In this document: positions 48,201-60,851 of the stretch, in pieces
How the letters are laid out: each line of letters starts with the position of its first letter
Numbering within the stretch: position 1 is the stretch's first letter
NCBI GenBank assembly: GCA_000934665.2
Contig: KZ538181.1
Span: 1 to 64,000, forward strand
Direction of reading: 5' to 3'
Origin: Catajapyx aquilonaris
Lineage: Eukaryota
DNA length: 64,000 nucleotides
The notes under the pieces: model-generated
What the model saw: only the letters and a program-made list of their open reading frames with translations
The model's database searches: none
Told to the model about the DNA's origin: nothing
Position numbers and translations under genes: made by a program

Positions 48201-51200
48201 TGCTATGGAAGCCCCCAAGAGCAGAGGCTTTACTAGTAAGACCCACCCACGAAACAAAGAGATCGATTGGTTTCATTGAGGTTTCAAGTGGCGACGGTTC
48301 CTGCTCGGATTCTCTTTGGAGAAGCCCCGTCACTTCTGCGGGATATTTTTGTCTCATCGCCTTATACCCCCCCCCCCCCCCCTGTCACTTTGGGGTTGGT
48401 ATACTGTAAGGCAGAAGGTAAACTGTAGGTTAAAATGCCAAACGATGCCACATAACTTGGGCGTAACTGACCTACTGTACATCATGAGCATCCTGTACGA
48501 TGCTTATTTCGAGTAAATTCACCTCAGGCGAACTACCCCGACTCGAATAACTTTTGTCATAATGAACTGTGATCGCTGCGTCATATACATGCTGGTATTC
48601 CATACCGACAACGTAATTATTGCACAAGGGAGACATTGCCCTCCTGCCATGCATTTTTGCTCATTATGACTTACTTAAATTTCAACTGTTTAAAATCACC
48701 TGCAGGAGGTGTGGCGTAGGCTACACGCTTTAATACGGTGGACGAAACAAGGGAAATAGGATAATTGCTTTGTAACTCTCGTTGGTAAGCTCATTATGCA
48801 TTTTTGAAATGCCGTTCCCTGGACCGTTCTACAATGCCCGGAGTATTTGTACGCACAAATGGGCATAATTCATGGCATTTTCTCTGACCTGTCGTGCTTG
48901 GCTCATACCACATGAAGCGTGACTTTGCTTACATTGCAGCTCCAAAATTTACGCCTGTGGGGCAGGATAATTACGGTAATTGCAATTGTTGTGCAGGCTG
49001 CAGTCATTGAATATTTCAGACTAACGAGAAAATAACTTTAAGCTGCCCGTTCCCCTGAAGCCCAACTTACGTTTTCAAATCTTGGCGCACGGGCGATGCC
49101 TCAGTACGGCCGAAATTATGTGGCGGCAGCTGCCACTCATTGATTAACCATCACAGGAGATGCCCTGAGGGATGCTGGTGTACTAAATGTACCGTGCAGT
49201 GCACGCGGTTTACTGCTACCTTTGGTGTGTATGTCACGCGGGATGTTATAACGCAGCATTAAAGGTCTGCTTTGCATTAGAAAAAGCTGGTAAATAGGCT
49301 CATTATACCAGAGTGGATTCCGCCTTCAGGCATAACCTTGACCTATACAAGGAAGTTATCAAATGCACGCTCCCTGGAGCATGGCAGACGGACGTCCGCT
49401 ACGTGTTTTGAAATTAACCTGACGTCTCTACTGACGGAAAAGTTTGCTAACTGCTTCACTGAATTATCGGTAAAGGGGGTTCTAGGTGAGACTTCTGGAA
49501 CACCACCTAAGCAAAAAAGGACGACCTCTTCATACACTCATGTATGAAAAGCAATAAGGTTCTTTTCAATTGGTTTGGGCTTTTCTTTTCCGGCACGCAT
49601 TCGACTTCAAAGGGGCTGGAATATGAGGAAGCTCGACTCATCCCTTCGATCAAGCTGCCTGGTAATTCTCCTCCGCATCTGGCACCATCGTGGGATGTGG
49701 GCCGTGAAAAAAGAATATAAGTTCCAGGGAGTCATAGAGGCAACTCTGAACTATAAGTCCGTTTCGAATAGGAGGGCCGGGTCATGTCTGGAGCATGTAC
49801 TTTTTTTCTCTCTTTCTGTTGGAAAAGAGGTTCTGTCTTTCTTCGGAAATGATTGGCTGGATTGGCGGCCATGTTGGGGAGGGGGGGGGGGAGTGCGAGA
49901 TGGGCCTTTCACCAGGGATTCCAGTCAATTACTGACTCCTGCTGTGGTAACAGGTTCTCTGGAAAGCATCAAATTGATGGCAAGGAGTTGGGGGGTCCGG
50001 GGGCCTTACGAATGAACTGGGATCTTTGAGGGGTCCAAGCGGTTGTCAAGAGAGACTCCTAGAAAGAAAAGAAAGAAAAAAATATCAAGAAAAGGACAGA
50101 GGGAGAAGTGCTGGTGCGATTTTTGGCTTTTCTATCGCCCCCTTCGGATTATTTGGCTTCCTGGGTCACAGGATCAAATGGAGAACAAAGGGGGGGGGGG
50201 GGGAACATAATGGCCATAATTGTTTTCGCCGTGGCATATAACTGGGCAGCCGACAGACAAGTTTGATGTTTGATATGTGCACCAAAAAGTTTGCTAATTA
50301 AACTAGGCGATGGCAATCAGGGGGGCTAAACATTTATTATCCCGATTGTAAAAGTTGTTTGGGTCGACCTCAATTTTTCCACACATTAAAGCAGTGCGGT
50401 CGCTTTTATTCCAAATAAATTGGCACACAATTGGGCGATCAATGTGCTTCGTAGCATATATACCCAACTGCATGTATCGCCACGACCCGTTTAAAAAAAA
50501 GAGAGACTATAAGCAAAATGGGGTCCGTTACATCGCCTTTAAAGAAAATCAATCTGGAGGAAATTATCGAGGCAATATCAGCGCACTTCATAACGCGTGT
50601 TTCAGAGGAGAATTGCTTTTCGGTAAAGTATTTTCTGAAGCTGTGAGGAATGCAATAAATGCAGCTTAAACTCACAGTTTGGGGCCAAGTCGAAGCGTTG
50701 ATTCTCATCACTGCGGAATTAGACACATGCCGTTGTCTAGGAGATTGTTAGTGGGCTCCTAACGATGCCTGCACTGCATAGAAACGCAGACCGCTTTTCT
50801 TCTCAGAAGCCATTTCCATTCTCTATCCAAGCATGCACCAAATATTAAGGACTTGGCTGATGCAGCTGCGATGAAGGTACAAACCTGGCCTAGTTTTTGC
50901 CCACCCTGTGACGGCCCAATGAGTGATGAACAGTGCCTCCATTGTTGGCCGAATGCTTGAGGTGGCATGGGGGAAGCAAAGCAGGTCCATCTATCTGTTG
51001 GAAGGGAAGCAGCAGTTTCGCCTTGACACATGAAGCTTAGTGCACGCGACTTGGGACTGGCTGGCTGTCGAGGGGAAGCAGCCACTAGAAAATGAAATTC
51101 TCTCCCAACCACTGCCTGAACGGATGGAGACGGAAAAGGACCGACTTGGAAGGCCCCAATTCCCTCTTCAAACTCTGGCAGATGCTGCTCGAGAAAGGAC

Positions 51201-54200
51201 TTGATTCCTGCCCACCACTCCCATGTCTTGCTAGCTACATAATAATCGTTTCACGTCTTTGATTACGTCCGGCGGCCTACTTGCAGGCCTATTGTCATGC
51301 CATCTCAGCACTACAGAGATACTGCATTATTGACTATTTTGGCGTTTATTCATTCTGCTCAGGTAATTGCTGATGGAAAAACTTTCAATCAGAAGCATCT
51401 TGCTTTCCCTATTCCCCAAAGTGATATTAGGTGTGATGTTGAGTCGCAATGAGGCGACACTTGTACTCAGGCCAGGTGGCGACATCTGTACTAAGGCTGG
51501 ATGACCCAAAGGCACACTAGCACCATCTATACTTTCGTGCATTAGTTTTATTGAAGTGGAACATGCTCCTGGCAGATGATGCTTTAGAAGGCGAGGGATT
51601 CTGTTGGAAATAGGCAATACCTAGCAGCGTTTGGAGTATGAGGGCCTGGAAGGTGAAGATGACGGCGCATATGCCGGGCCAGAAAGGCGCCAAGGAACCA
51701 TTTGGGGAGGTGGGCTGAAAAGGCAGTGGAGCGGATTATGGAGAAAAGGGGGTGGGTGGTAGGGTGTGGGCATGGCAGCTGCCTCGGGGAAATATGGCCG
51801 TCGGAGTCAATGGCAAAAGGGGGCGATGTGCAGTCAGTGTTCAGTGTGTGTGAGGGCAAGACGAAGAGGTGTGAGAGGCAGAGGGGCGGATGACGGAGGA
51901 GCTTCCACGTCTTGACTTTCGGCAGAGATGAGATGCCGGGGCCTCTGCCTTTGTGCCAAAAGCTGCCCTTAGTATTGGAGATTTTTTATGGGATCAAAGG
52001 GAAAGGAGCTCAGCAGGACGGGGTAGTCGGTGGCTGGTTGGCTGGCAGGGTGGGCCATAGGGAGAGAGTGTAGGGGGGAGGGGAACAATGGGAGAGACCT
52101 GCTGCCTCGCTGATTATATTATGGTCCCCGAGATGAATGTGGGGCCATTTAGCATAGGGCTTGGAATGGGCGGTAGGGCTTATTTTCATTTTTTCGACAG
52201 GAATAAACGGCCAGACGTGGAAATTTCACGAAAATGGCACCCCCCACAGTCTCCTTCTTCCTTGATGCATTTTGGCAACACCAGATATGTTTCGTTCCGA
52301 AATGGCTTTCTGGGCTCGCTTTTTCACGCACAATCGAGACATTTCTCTGCAATAATTTTGTCAAGAAATATCGCAGCCTCACCCATTCATAGTTACCACT
52401 GCAAGTGAGGGCAGCAGGCTCCGGTCGAGGAAATTAGTCATCACCGCCTGGTTCTAGTCGCATGACGTGAATGATGGCCATCTTGGCGGGAGTTTTGAAT
52501 GATGAACAGTGGTACCCAAGGCAAAGTGAGGCCAGCTTGGGAGAATAATGAAGCAAGGGGTGTTGGTGTGGAGTGGGAAGCGGGGAAGGGGCTGGGGAAT
52601 TCAATCCTTCAGTGCCTAGAGGAGGGCAACATGAGTTGGCCGCCAGCTGGCGTCTGCGGTCACCAGATGGATGCTTTGCGGAGTCTTTGCAGCGAAAAGG
52701 CCGTATTCGGTGCGTCTGCAACTCTCGGACTGAATTCAGTTGGAGTATAGACATAGTCAGAAAAACACACACGGGGTGCCCCCTTTGTGTTGCACGAAAT
52801 GGGTTCGGATGATTGAAAAGGTCGCGGGCATGGCTATAGCTTTTAACGGGAATTGATAGTTCGTGGCGATAGGTGCAGCCTAATCAGGCTCCATGCGAAA
52901 AGTGATTTAAAACGCGCATAATTTGTTGTGCGTTTTCCCCTTAACACGGGGCGATGTGATTAGCCCGAGTAGAAAAGTTTGGCGGGAATGAATTTGACTT
53001 GTGACCCAGCGCGCGAGGCCTATTGTTAATGCAACCCTGATCATGAGCCTCGATTAAATATCGGATACTTGGCGGGGAATTCCATTTACATTACAGGCCG
53101 TGCCGAGGGATCGCTGCGCTGTCTTTGATGGAATAAATTAGGGAAACAATCTCGGGGACCCATAGAGATTTTGGGAATAACACGAACCATTAACCTAATT
53201 ACAAACCGGGTCCCAATTCCATAATGGAGGCGCACTCGACGTTACCCGTATACTCCCTTTCAAGAAGGAGCCCGACGGCATTTTCTTATGCCTCGGCAGG
53301 GCTAACCCTCCGAATTATTTAATGAGCAAGTCCACCTTTGTTGTCTGAGATTGCATCCCAATTTTGGAGAATGGAGGCGAGATGATGCTACCGCACTTGT
53401 CGCCTTTTGTCTGCCCTAGACCTATCCTAGGCTGTTGGGAAATGGGCCGTGGTGTCGACAGGGTGGGTTAGAAATCCGCCTTGTTCAACCTGCACTCTAC
53501 TGCTACTGATTTGACTATATCAGAGGCTTACAAGTGAAACACACTAAGTCCAAAATTGGCGGTTGTGAGTTATTTACACATTTTTCTGCTCTATCGCCTC
53601 GTGAAGTCAATTTAGTCCAAAACATCCATAATGAGCCAGCAAGCCTGTTTTTTTTTGTATTCACTAGCATGTAAACAAGTGTAAGGTCAAATATTTGCAT
53701 TGAATTATATCAATAACTTGTTTTTTTTTAAATAGTAGATTTTGCCTGTATGCAGTATTTAAATAAAAAGAATTGGATGGTTCTTCCGCTTCGCCCTGCA
53801 GAAGAATATGCGTCAATTTAAAAGGTGGAAGGTGAAGGCTGACAGATTACCAAGTCGTACAAATCCGCAAAACATACTTCCTAACCACCTCCGTCAATGG
53901 TTCGGGTATTCCCGGCGGACGTAGTAATTAAACTAGTTTGGGAAAGTTTGCGCTCAGTTTGGCCCACGAAACGCTCCACCCCGCTCTCACAGATATCAAG
54001 TTCGGCGATAATTGCATATTTCCTGCGCAACTCAAAGTCTGATTGCCGAGCATGGATCGGTCGTGTTTGGAGTTGATCTGGAAAAATTGATCCCGTGAGA
54101 CTCGGAAGATGTTCCAAAACCGTTCAGGAGAGGTCCCATAATGCGACTAAAATGCAAGTTGATTCGGAACTTAACGTCCCTTTCGCAAATGTGCTCTTAA

Positions 54201-55246
54201 ATAGATCTGCAGTAATAAATCTTTTTCAAATAATTGAAGCGATATGCTAGTGCGAATTGGCTACCTCCAAAAGATGTATAAGGCAACAGGGACATTTGAA
54301 TGGGATCCATTGGAGTAGACATGCGGAATGCCACATTTCTCTTCATCATGCTGGCGGCATTGGGGTAGTGTACTGTACTGTATACATTACTATGCTGACA
54401 ACTTCGACATGTTAATGCTTATCTTGTCGATATCACTGTTTGAAACTGCTATTGTTGCTATATTGGCTAAAATCGGATAATTGAACTTGTTATGGAATTT
54501 TGCAAGTCGCAGCAGATTACGTCATGAATATTGGTTATGAGTGATGGGCCTGATTTAGACGTCTAACGATCGTGAAATACGCGAATCGGCTTACTGCATC
54601 ACGTATGCGTGGATTGAAGAGGATTCTTGCACGATCCGAGTGAGAGGACTACAGTTCCCATTTTCATTTTGATTGCACCGAGCAAGATCGCGTTATAAGA
54701 GTCCTAATATCCGTCAAACCCTTTGTTAAATGCTGCTGAAGGACTAATATCGTGTCAAAACGATATTACCTATTTAGCGGGAAAATGAGGGCGACTAATG
54801 AACTCATTAGAGAAAAGATGAACAATATCTGGGTACGCACTGGCGCCCTTTATAAAGTGGCGAACAAAAGGGTCTTTTCTCAATAAACGCGGGGCTCCGA
54901 GACGAATAGCTCCACCTTTCACACCCGAGCTCGACTTTTCCAGACAGGTCGGGGGGCACAAATTAGTTAACAAGTGAATTCATCCATTTGTCTTCATCTC
55001 TTTAGGGGTAGGATCTTGAGCTGCACTATGGCATAGGAAGTCGTTACGTTCCCCGGGTGATGAGAATCGGCCCAACGGAACAAGAAATTGCCTGGCGGGG
55101 CGAAGCGGGCACACTCTCAGGGACGAAGTGACGTAAAGTAGACGGAAGGGTTCAATGATCTTCCGCTGATGTTACCTTAAGTGAACAGTCTGTTGTATAA
55201 GCAGCCTGGTAATAGAAGCGACGTATTACTAAATTCCGCCTGAAGA

Positions 55247-55249
55247 AAT

Positions 55250-55300
<51 letters not shown>

Positions 55301-55303
55301 TTA
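55247..55303. repeat. (TTTA)n microsatellite
   Basis: About 13 tetranucleotide units. Confidence 0.95.
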
Positions 55304-57817
55304 CTGATATTGAGGGTGCTCTAGAACATTTGCCTGAAGTTTGTAGTTAGCACCTATAGGTTACACCACGGTTACACTTTTCATTACGCAAATGGACAAC
55401 CTTCCGCCAACCTTGGCAAGGCTCAGCTTGGAACAGATTAGGCACTTTTTTTTCATTCCACATCTGACCACATCGTACTTTCATTTTCACTACCGAACGT
55501 GGGGGGGGGGGGGGGGGGGNAGGGGGGATGGAAAAATGTTCCAAACAGCAGCAATTACTTTTGCAGGCCGCGAAACACTGAGTTGAGACCGAATGTAAAT
55601 CCAGCGACATAACGATCGCAGGGCATGACATTTCATTTTCCGGGTTCGTGAGTTGCAGGTTAGTGAGACGAGCCCTCAGGGGGTGATGGCACACAAGTGT
55701 GCACATACATATACCCATTTCCATCGTAGGTTTGTTAATAGGAGAGCGATACTGAAAGGATTGGTTGGCGGACATGCGTCATGTGGTTACTGCGTGTTAA
55801 TTTCACAGCGTTTTTGTAACACTTTGCAGAGTAGGGAGGGAGGTGTTGCACGGGCCTCTCTGTGTCCAGGCCTTATTCATCAAATTGCGGCCGGAGGCGA
55901 ACGCGTTTGGCACACCATGCACTGAATTGCACGAATTTTTGCCCATAAAATGGTCGGATTATGATCTTAAATGGTGATAAATCAGGATTGTCTGCTGAAT
56001 TCGCGGTGATTATTTGCTGCCATGCGTTGTACGCAAATGTAAGCTTAGCTGCAGCCAGTGTATTATTTTTACAATGGCATATAAGCCTAAATGGTGCTCT
56101 GATTTTGTCGAAATGATTATACAATGTGCAGTGGATTTTAAAGCAAGAGTTCAAGGGCGAATGTGCCTCTTTCTATCGGAGTCACATTATTTCCAAGTAT
56201 AGGCTATAATATTCCAGTTACATGGAGATGTAAAAGTTACATTTATATTTATTAATAATAATAAATTTAATTAATTTTGATGAGTTGGTGACAAAAGTAA
56301 TATCGTCGGAATACAAATGAAATTCACTGACCAAAAAACTAGTTCAAAAATAATATCAAAGGCAAAGATTTGACCTTGCACTTGTAATGCTGGTAAGGCT
56401 ATTATTAGTTGTTAATTAATTGTCTGAACTTGAATCTCTTTCTCTGGTGCAACCGGTACTCAGTGGTATAAGTACCGGTAACTCAAAACCGCCAAAATTG
56501 TACTTAGTGGATTTCACTTGCTTATCAACTATGTGGCAGAGACCTACTCAATTTTAACGGTGAATCACAATAAAAACTATAGAAAAACACTCGGGTAATT
56601 CGGATATCAGAGTGCTCTTGGTACTCGGTTTCCCCCAGCCTGAATCACAATACCGTACTCTGGCAGTTGGAAGGGAGTAAAGGCATTCATGCAGCTTCAT
56701 TATGTGACCATATAAGTGAATATATTAAAGCCATCTTGGCATTATCCCCTTTACATTCGAAGTGGATAAAGCTTGGGTAAGTTATAGGCTACAGACTGTA
56801 CCTCCTGCTTTGTCCTAACATTATTTCATCTGCATGACCCGACTAAATTAATTTCCCTCTACCTTCCCGAGATGATTGCCATAATGTCCGCAAGAGGCGA
56901 AAGTCAATAACTTATATGTTGCATTGTGATGGAATAATAAAGTCAGAGGCCCTCAAGTAGAGAGCATGCTTCGAGATTGCGGTTTTCAGCAGTTCCGTTT
57001 CTCCCAGCAATATACATTATCAGGAAGGGCCCTGGTGCTGCTAATTCGAATTCTGCATTGCTGAAATTGATTAATTTCGGATAGTTCCAGCCAGGCGAAT
57101 TGGGAGGAAGATTAATACTCCTGCTGAACTTTGTGAAGGACGTACCGGTACCTCTAATAGAGCGCTTTTGGGTACAGCGCAGTGCAAAGCTTGGAGTCAT
57201 GAATGTTTGCACTGCTGTTGCCCAAGCTTGTTCTGCAGTTAATTGGACCTATTGATTTCTCACGGGTAGGCCTAATCACGGACGGATTTATTCTGGATAC
57301 TTTGCTCTCGAATGGGCACCCAGAATGGATTTATCTCAATATCTTGATGAATTTTCCAACAGTGAAATTCCCGAATCAGAAGAGGATTCAGTTACTTTGG
57401 GGGGTACAGGTTTCAAATTATAATGCTACCAGGCATGTTAAGTCTTTCGGAGTACAAGTTTGTGATGTGAAATTATTGTAATACCGGCATTTTTATCACC
57501 GGTAAATGGTGCATTTGTCAGCTTGCTTCAAAAATATCAGTTTACATGGGGGACCTAAAGGTCTGATTTACACCAAGGTTAAATTGGGAATGAGGTGATG
57601 GGATTCAAATTGGGCTTTTTTATAGCCACTACAGTTAGGAGTAGGCCTACCGTATGTTATCCTTCGTGTTACATACAGTATGATGAGGCTTGTGGTGATA
57701 GTATGCCTACTGTACAAGGTGTTCTATAGGTTCTCACTGTCACGTCTTTTAAGCTGAGATTTTTAATGGAATTTTTCATGTCATGTGCTATAATTATAGG
57801 TAGTGACTGTAACTTAA

Positions 57818-58299
57818 AGGGACAGTCCACTCCAAAAACAAGTTGGTCTCTAAAAATTGGGCAAAAAATCCTGAATCCGACGGCGCAATCCGTTTTTCGA
57901 TACGCGGAACGGTAATCCCAGGGCGACGGAGCAAAGTGGGAAATTCAAATAGTGCGCTGGAAGCTGGCCGCTCCGCCAGCGCCGCCCTCGAGACCTTGGG
58001 AACTGGAGGGCTGCTCCCGCCTGCCCGCGCGAATTTGAAGCTGTCTCGGGGAAGTAGACTCTTTTTTTTCCCCGGTGGTGGCGGCCTCCTCCGCACCATA
58101 TACTGTTCGAACTGGTAGGGAAGGATGTCATGCAGGCTGGGTAGCACAAAGCCTGGCACTTCGGGGGTTGTGTCCGTAGCCGTACTGGCAGGCACACTTT
58201 CAGTTTCCATTGAAGGTCCTGGACGGTCCTAGACCGTCGGATTCAGGATTTTTTGCCCAATTTTTAGAAACCAACTTGTTTATGGAGTGGACTGACCCT
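57818..58299. mobile_element. Kolobok-type non-autonomous DNA transposon, TTAA TSD, ~66-bp TIRs
   Basis: TTAA|AGGGACAGTCCACTCCAAAAACAAGTTGG..GAATCCGACGG ... CCGTCGGATTC..CCAACTTGTTTATGGAGTGGACTGACCCT|TTAA; AGG terminus plus TTAA fits Kolobok; GC-rich interior. Confidence 0.85.
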
Positions 58300-58613
58300 T
58301 TAATGCGAGCCTTATTAACAGATTTTTCATGGTAATGCTTTTTTCGCGTGGGGTAGCAAGAGTGAAAAATTAACGTACAGCGACTTTGCCACAAAACATT
58401 TTACTATGTTTTTAATTATTCAAAATTTATTTATCTTAAGCTGTTGTTAACCCCCCTTTGGCCTACTTGCCAGTCAACAGAACATTTTATACTAGGAATT
58501 TTCAAAATTACATATCTAGGGCACGTGCTACCAAAACAAAACTGCATGCGACGCTACATATTCGGCATGACTCCACTTGAACAAAGTTATGCGCATAATT
58601 GGTAAGCACCTTA

Positions 58614-58765
58614 AGGCCTGTTTATGCAAGCCAGAACATTTTTATTGCTAGGCGATTAATAATAAAGTAATAATAAAGTTGGATTGATTTTGGGCTATAT
58701 TTTTGTGCTCTTCATTTTGTGCTTTACATTTTGTGCTCAAATATTATGCCGGTGGAAACAGGCCT
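58614..58765. mobile_element. Degenerate Harbinger-type MITE, TTA TSD
   Basis: TTA|AGGCCTGTTT ... AAACAGGCCT|TTA; only 10 bp of exact TIR. Confidence 0.5.
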
Positions 58766-60792
58766 TTAGGGTACATAACTACCCCTCATACGCGCCTCAT
58801 CTCACAGAAACCCTCGTAGTTATATGAATAGTTCATCAACCCTCTTCAAGTGCCAACTCCCAACTTCTGTAGAGCATGTAGGCACAGTAGTATATAAACT
58901 CATATATCGAAACAAAAATTATGAGAGAAATTTAGGTCCATGGCCACTGTCACCGCGGCCTACAATATCCTCATATACCGAAAGGTAATTTGCATCACCA
59001 CCATAGTCGACGTAACGATATTCATTATGCTCTAGAAGTATCGTGATGTTTTGTGCACAATTTGAATTGGAAAATTAGGCACGAACTCAGGGATTTATCA
59101 GTATTCTGGTGAGGAAATGGCTGTATATTGCGGTGCGGGTTTTCATTTTTTTGGGGGGTTGGCCTGAGGAGAGGGGTGGGAGGGGTGGGGGGCATGATCC
59201 TGGAAATATATTCCTATCGATCGCTTCCTCCCATAGACTTCATATAGACTGATGGACACCGCATGTTCCATATAGCAGCGGAGAGATCCAGTGCAGATGG
59301 GGGTATAGAAGGGGGGGGGGGGGGNGGGGGGGAAGCGTACATATATCTTCGTTGGGTGTGTGCGACATCCGGAAATCGTGTTGAAAACACGGGGATTCGA
59401 CCACAAAATCAATATACGTCGAGTAACAATCGGGTTTGTCCACATCCTGGATGAGCAACGATCAAAAACTTGCTCCATTTTCTTTCTGGAAGGTGGAAGG
59501 GTAAAATATGCCATTTTCTCTCGCCTGAAACTCATTATTTTTGGGGGAATATTGTTTGGAAGGAAAATGGCTAGCCTGAATTTTGCGTGCTATCAGCCTA
59601 GGTAAGATATAAAATCTGCAAACATTGGTTTTGAGTTGAGCTTTTAATAGGACCCCCGCCCACTATTGATGGAGGTGTCAACATAGGCAGAGTACCACCT
59701 TGTATAGGTATGTTATGCACAACTTTAACTGAGGACTAGTTCCATTTTGAAAATGAAAGTATTTTGTACGCTTTAAACGCCATTAGCATATTACAATATC
59801 ATCAGAATGGCCTAAAATCAAAATAATTATTAAATTAAATGCTGCACAGTTTGCAAGCCCCCATTTTGTTCTGACACATAAATGAACAAAATGGGGGACT
59901 TATTCTGACACCGAAATGAAGAACCAGCATTAGACACACGGTGTAAAACGTGGAAAGCACCCCCCCCCCTCCTCCACCACCATCCACGGCGAACTTGCGA
60001 TGTAAAAGAGAGGCAAATGCCATAATGTGCGGCAAGCTTGCGAGAGCAGTAACTCCGGGGCTTGGGTTTGTGGAGAAAGTTTTCCCTGGGTATGGAAGGT
60101 GGGGCAGAAGAGGGCCAAACTTTTTATCGGTTCGATCTAGTTCTAGGAGTTTTGGGTTTGGAAAAGCGAGTTGTGATGACCCAGAAATCTGCTACTTGTT
60201 CCCCCTACTAGATTCAGCAAGTGCTTCGTGTTGTGTACGGAAGGAATGGCTTTGACTGAAGCGCGGAAAAGCAATATAACCGTCGTGCATGGGGCCGAGT
60301 TTGATAAGCACCTCTCAAGTTGCAAAAGAGACGGATCGGTAAACACGCCCGCATAGTTAGCAAAACCGCACTACCCCCACTCCCCAACCCCCTCTATACC
60401 CCCCCTAGGTTGCAAGTCAATATGGAGAACAAAGGGAATGGGGAATATTTCGTCCTTCTGACATGCACTTATGTTAAGCTACGCAAGTTCTTGCTCTGGG
60501 AACGTGTGTTGGGATAGCCGCGTAAAAAAATTGAAAATGGTTTTTATCCATGTACTGAATGTCAAATAAAGTGTCGGACAATTATTGTATCCTGGTGATA
60601 TGCACGCCAGCAAGGTGAAAAGGCGGGAAAATATCTTCACTTTGCTAGAGTGTATGGTTGTATAGTACCAGGATACGTTTGTCCAAATATATGCAACTCA
60701 CTTCTCAGTAACTGTTCAGAAAATTGTGAACGTTATTAATATGAGAAAAATGACCGTATATTTGTTGTGGTAATATTAAATATTGCCAAATT

Positions 60793-60851
60793 GCGGGCAA
60801 TTTTGTACTGTAACGGACAAATTCTGTCCGTTACAGTTCAAAATTGCCCGC
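60793..60851. repeat. 59-nt hairpin (27-bp arms, 1 mismatch, 5-nt loop)
   Basis: GCGGGCAATTTTGTACTGTAACGGACA-AATTC-TGTCCGTTACAGTTCAAAATTGCCCGC. Confidence 0.9.
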
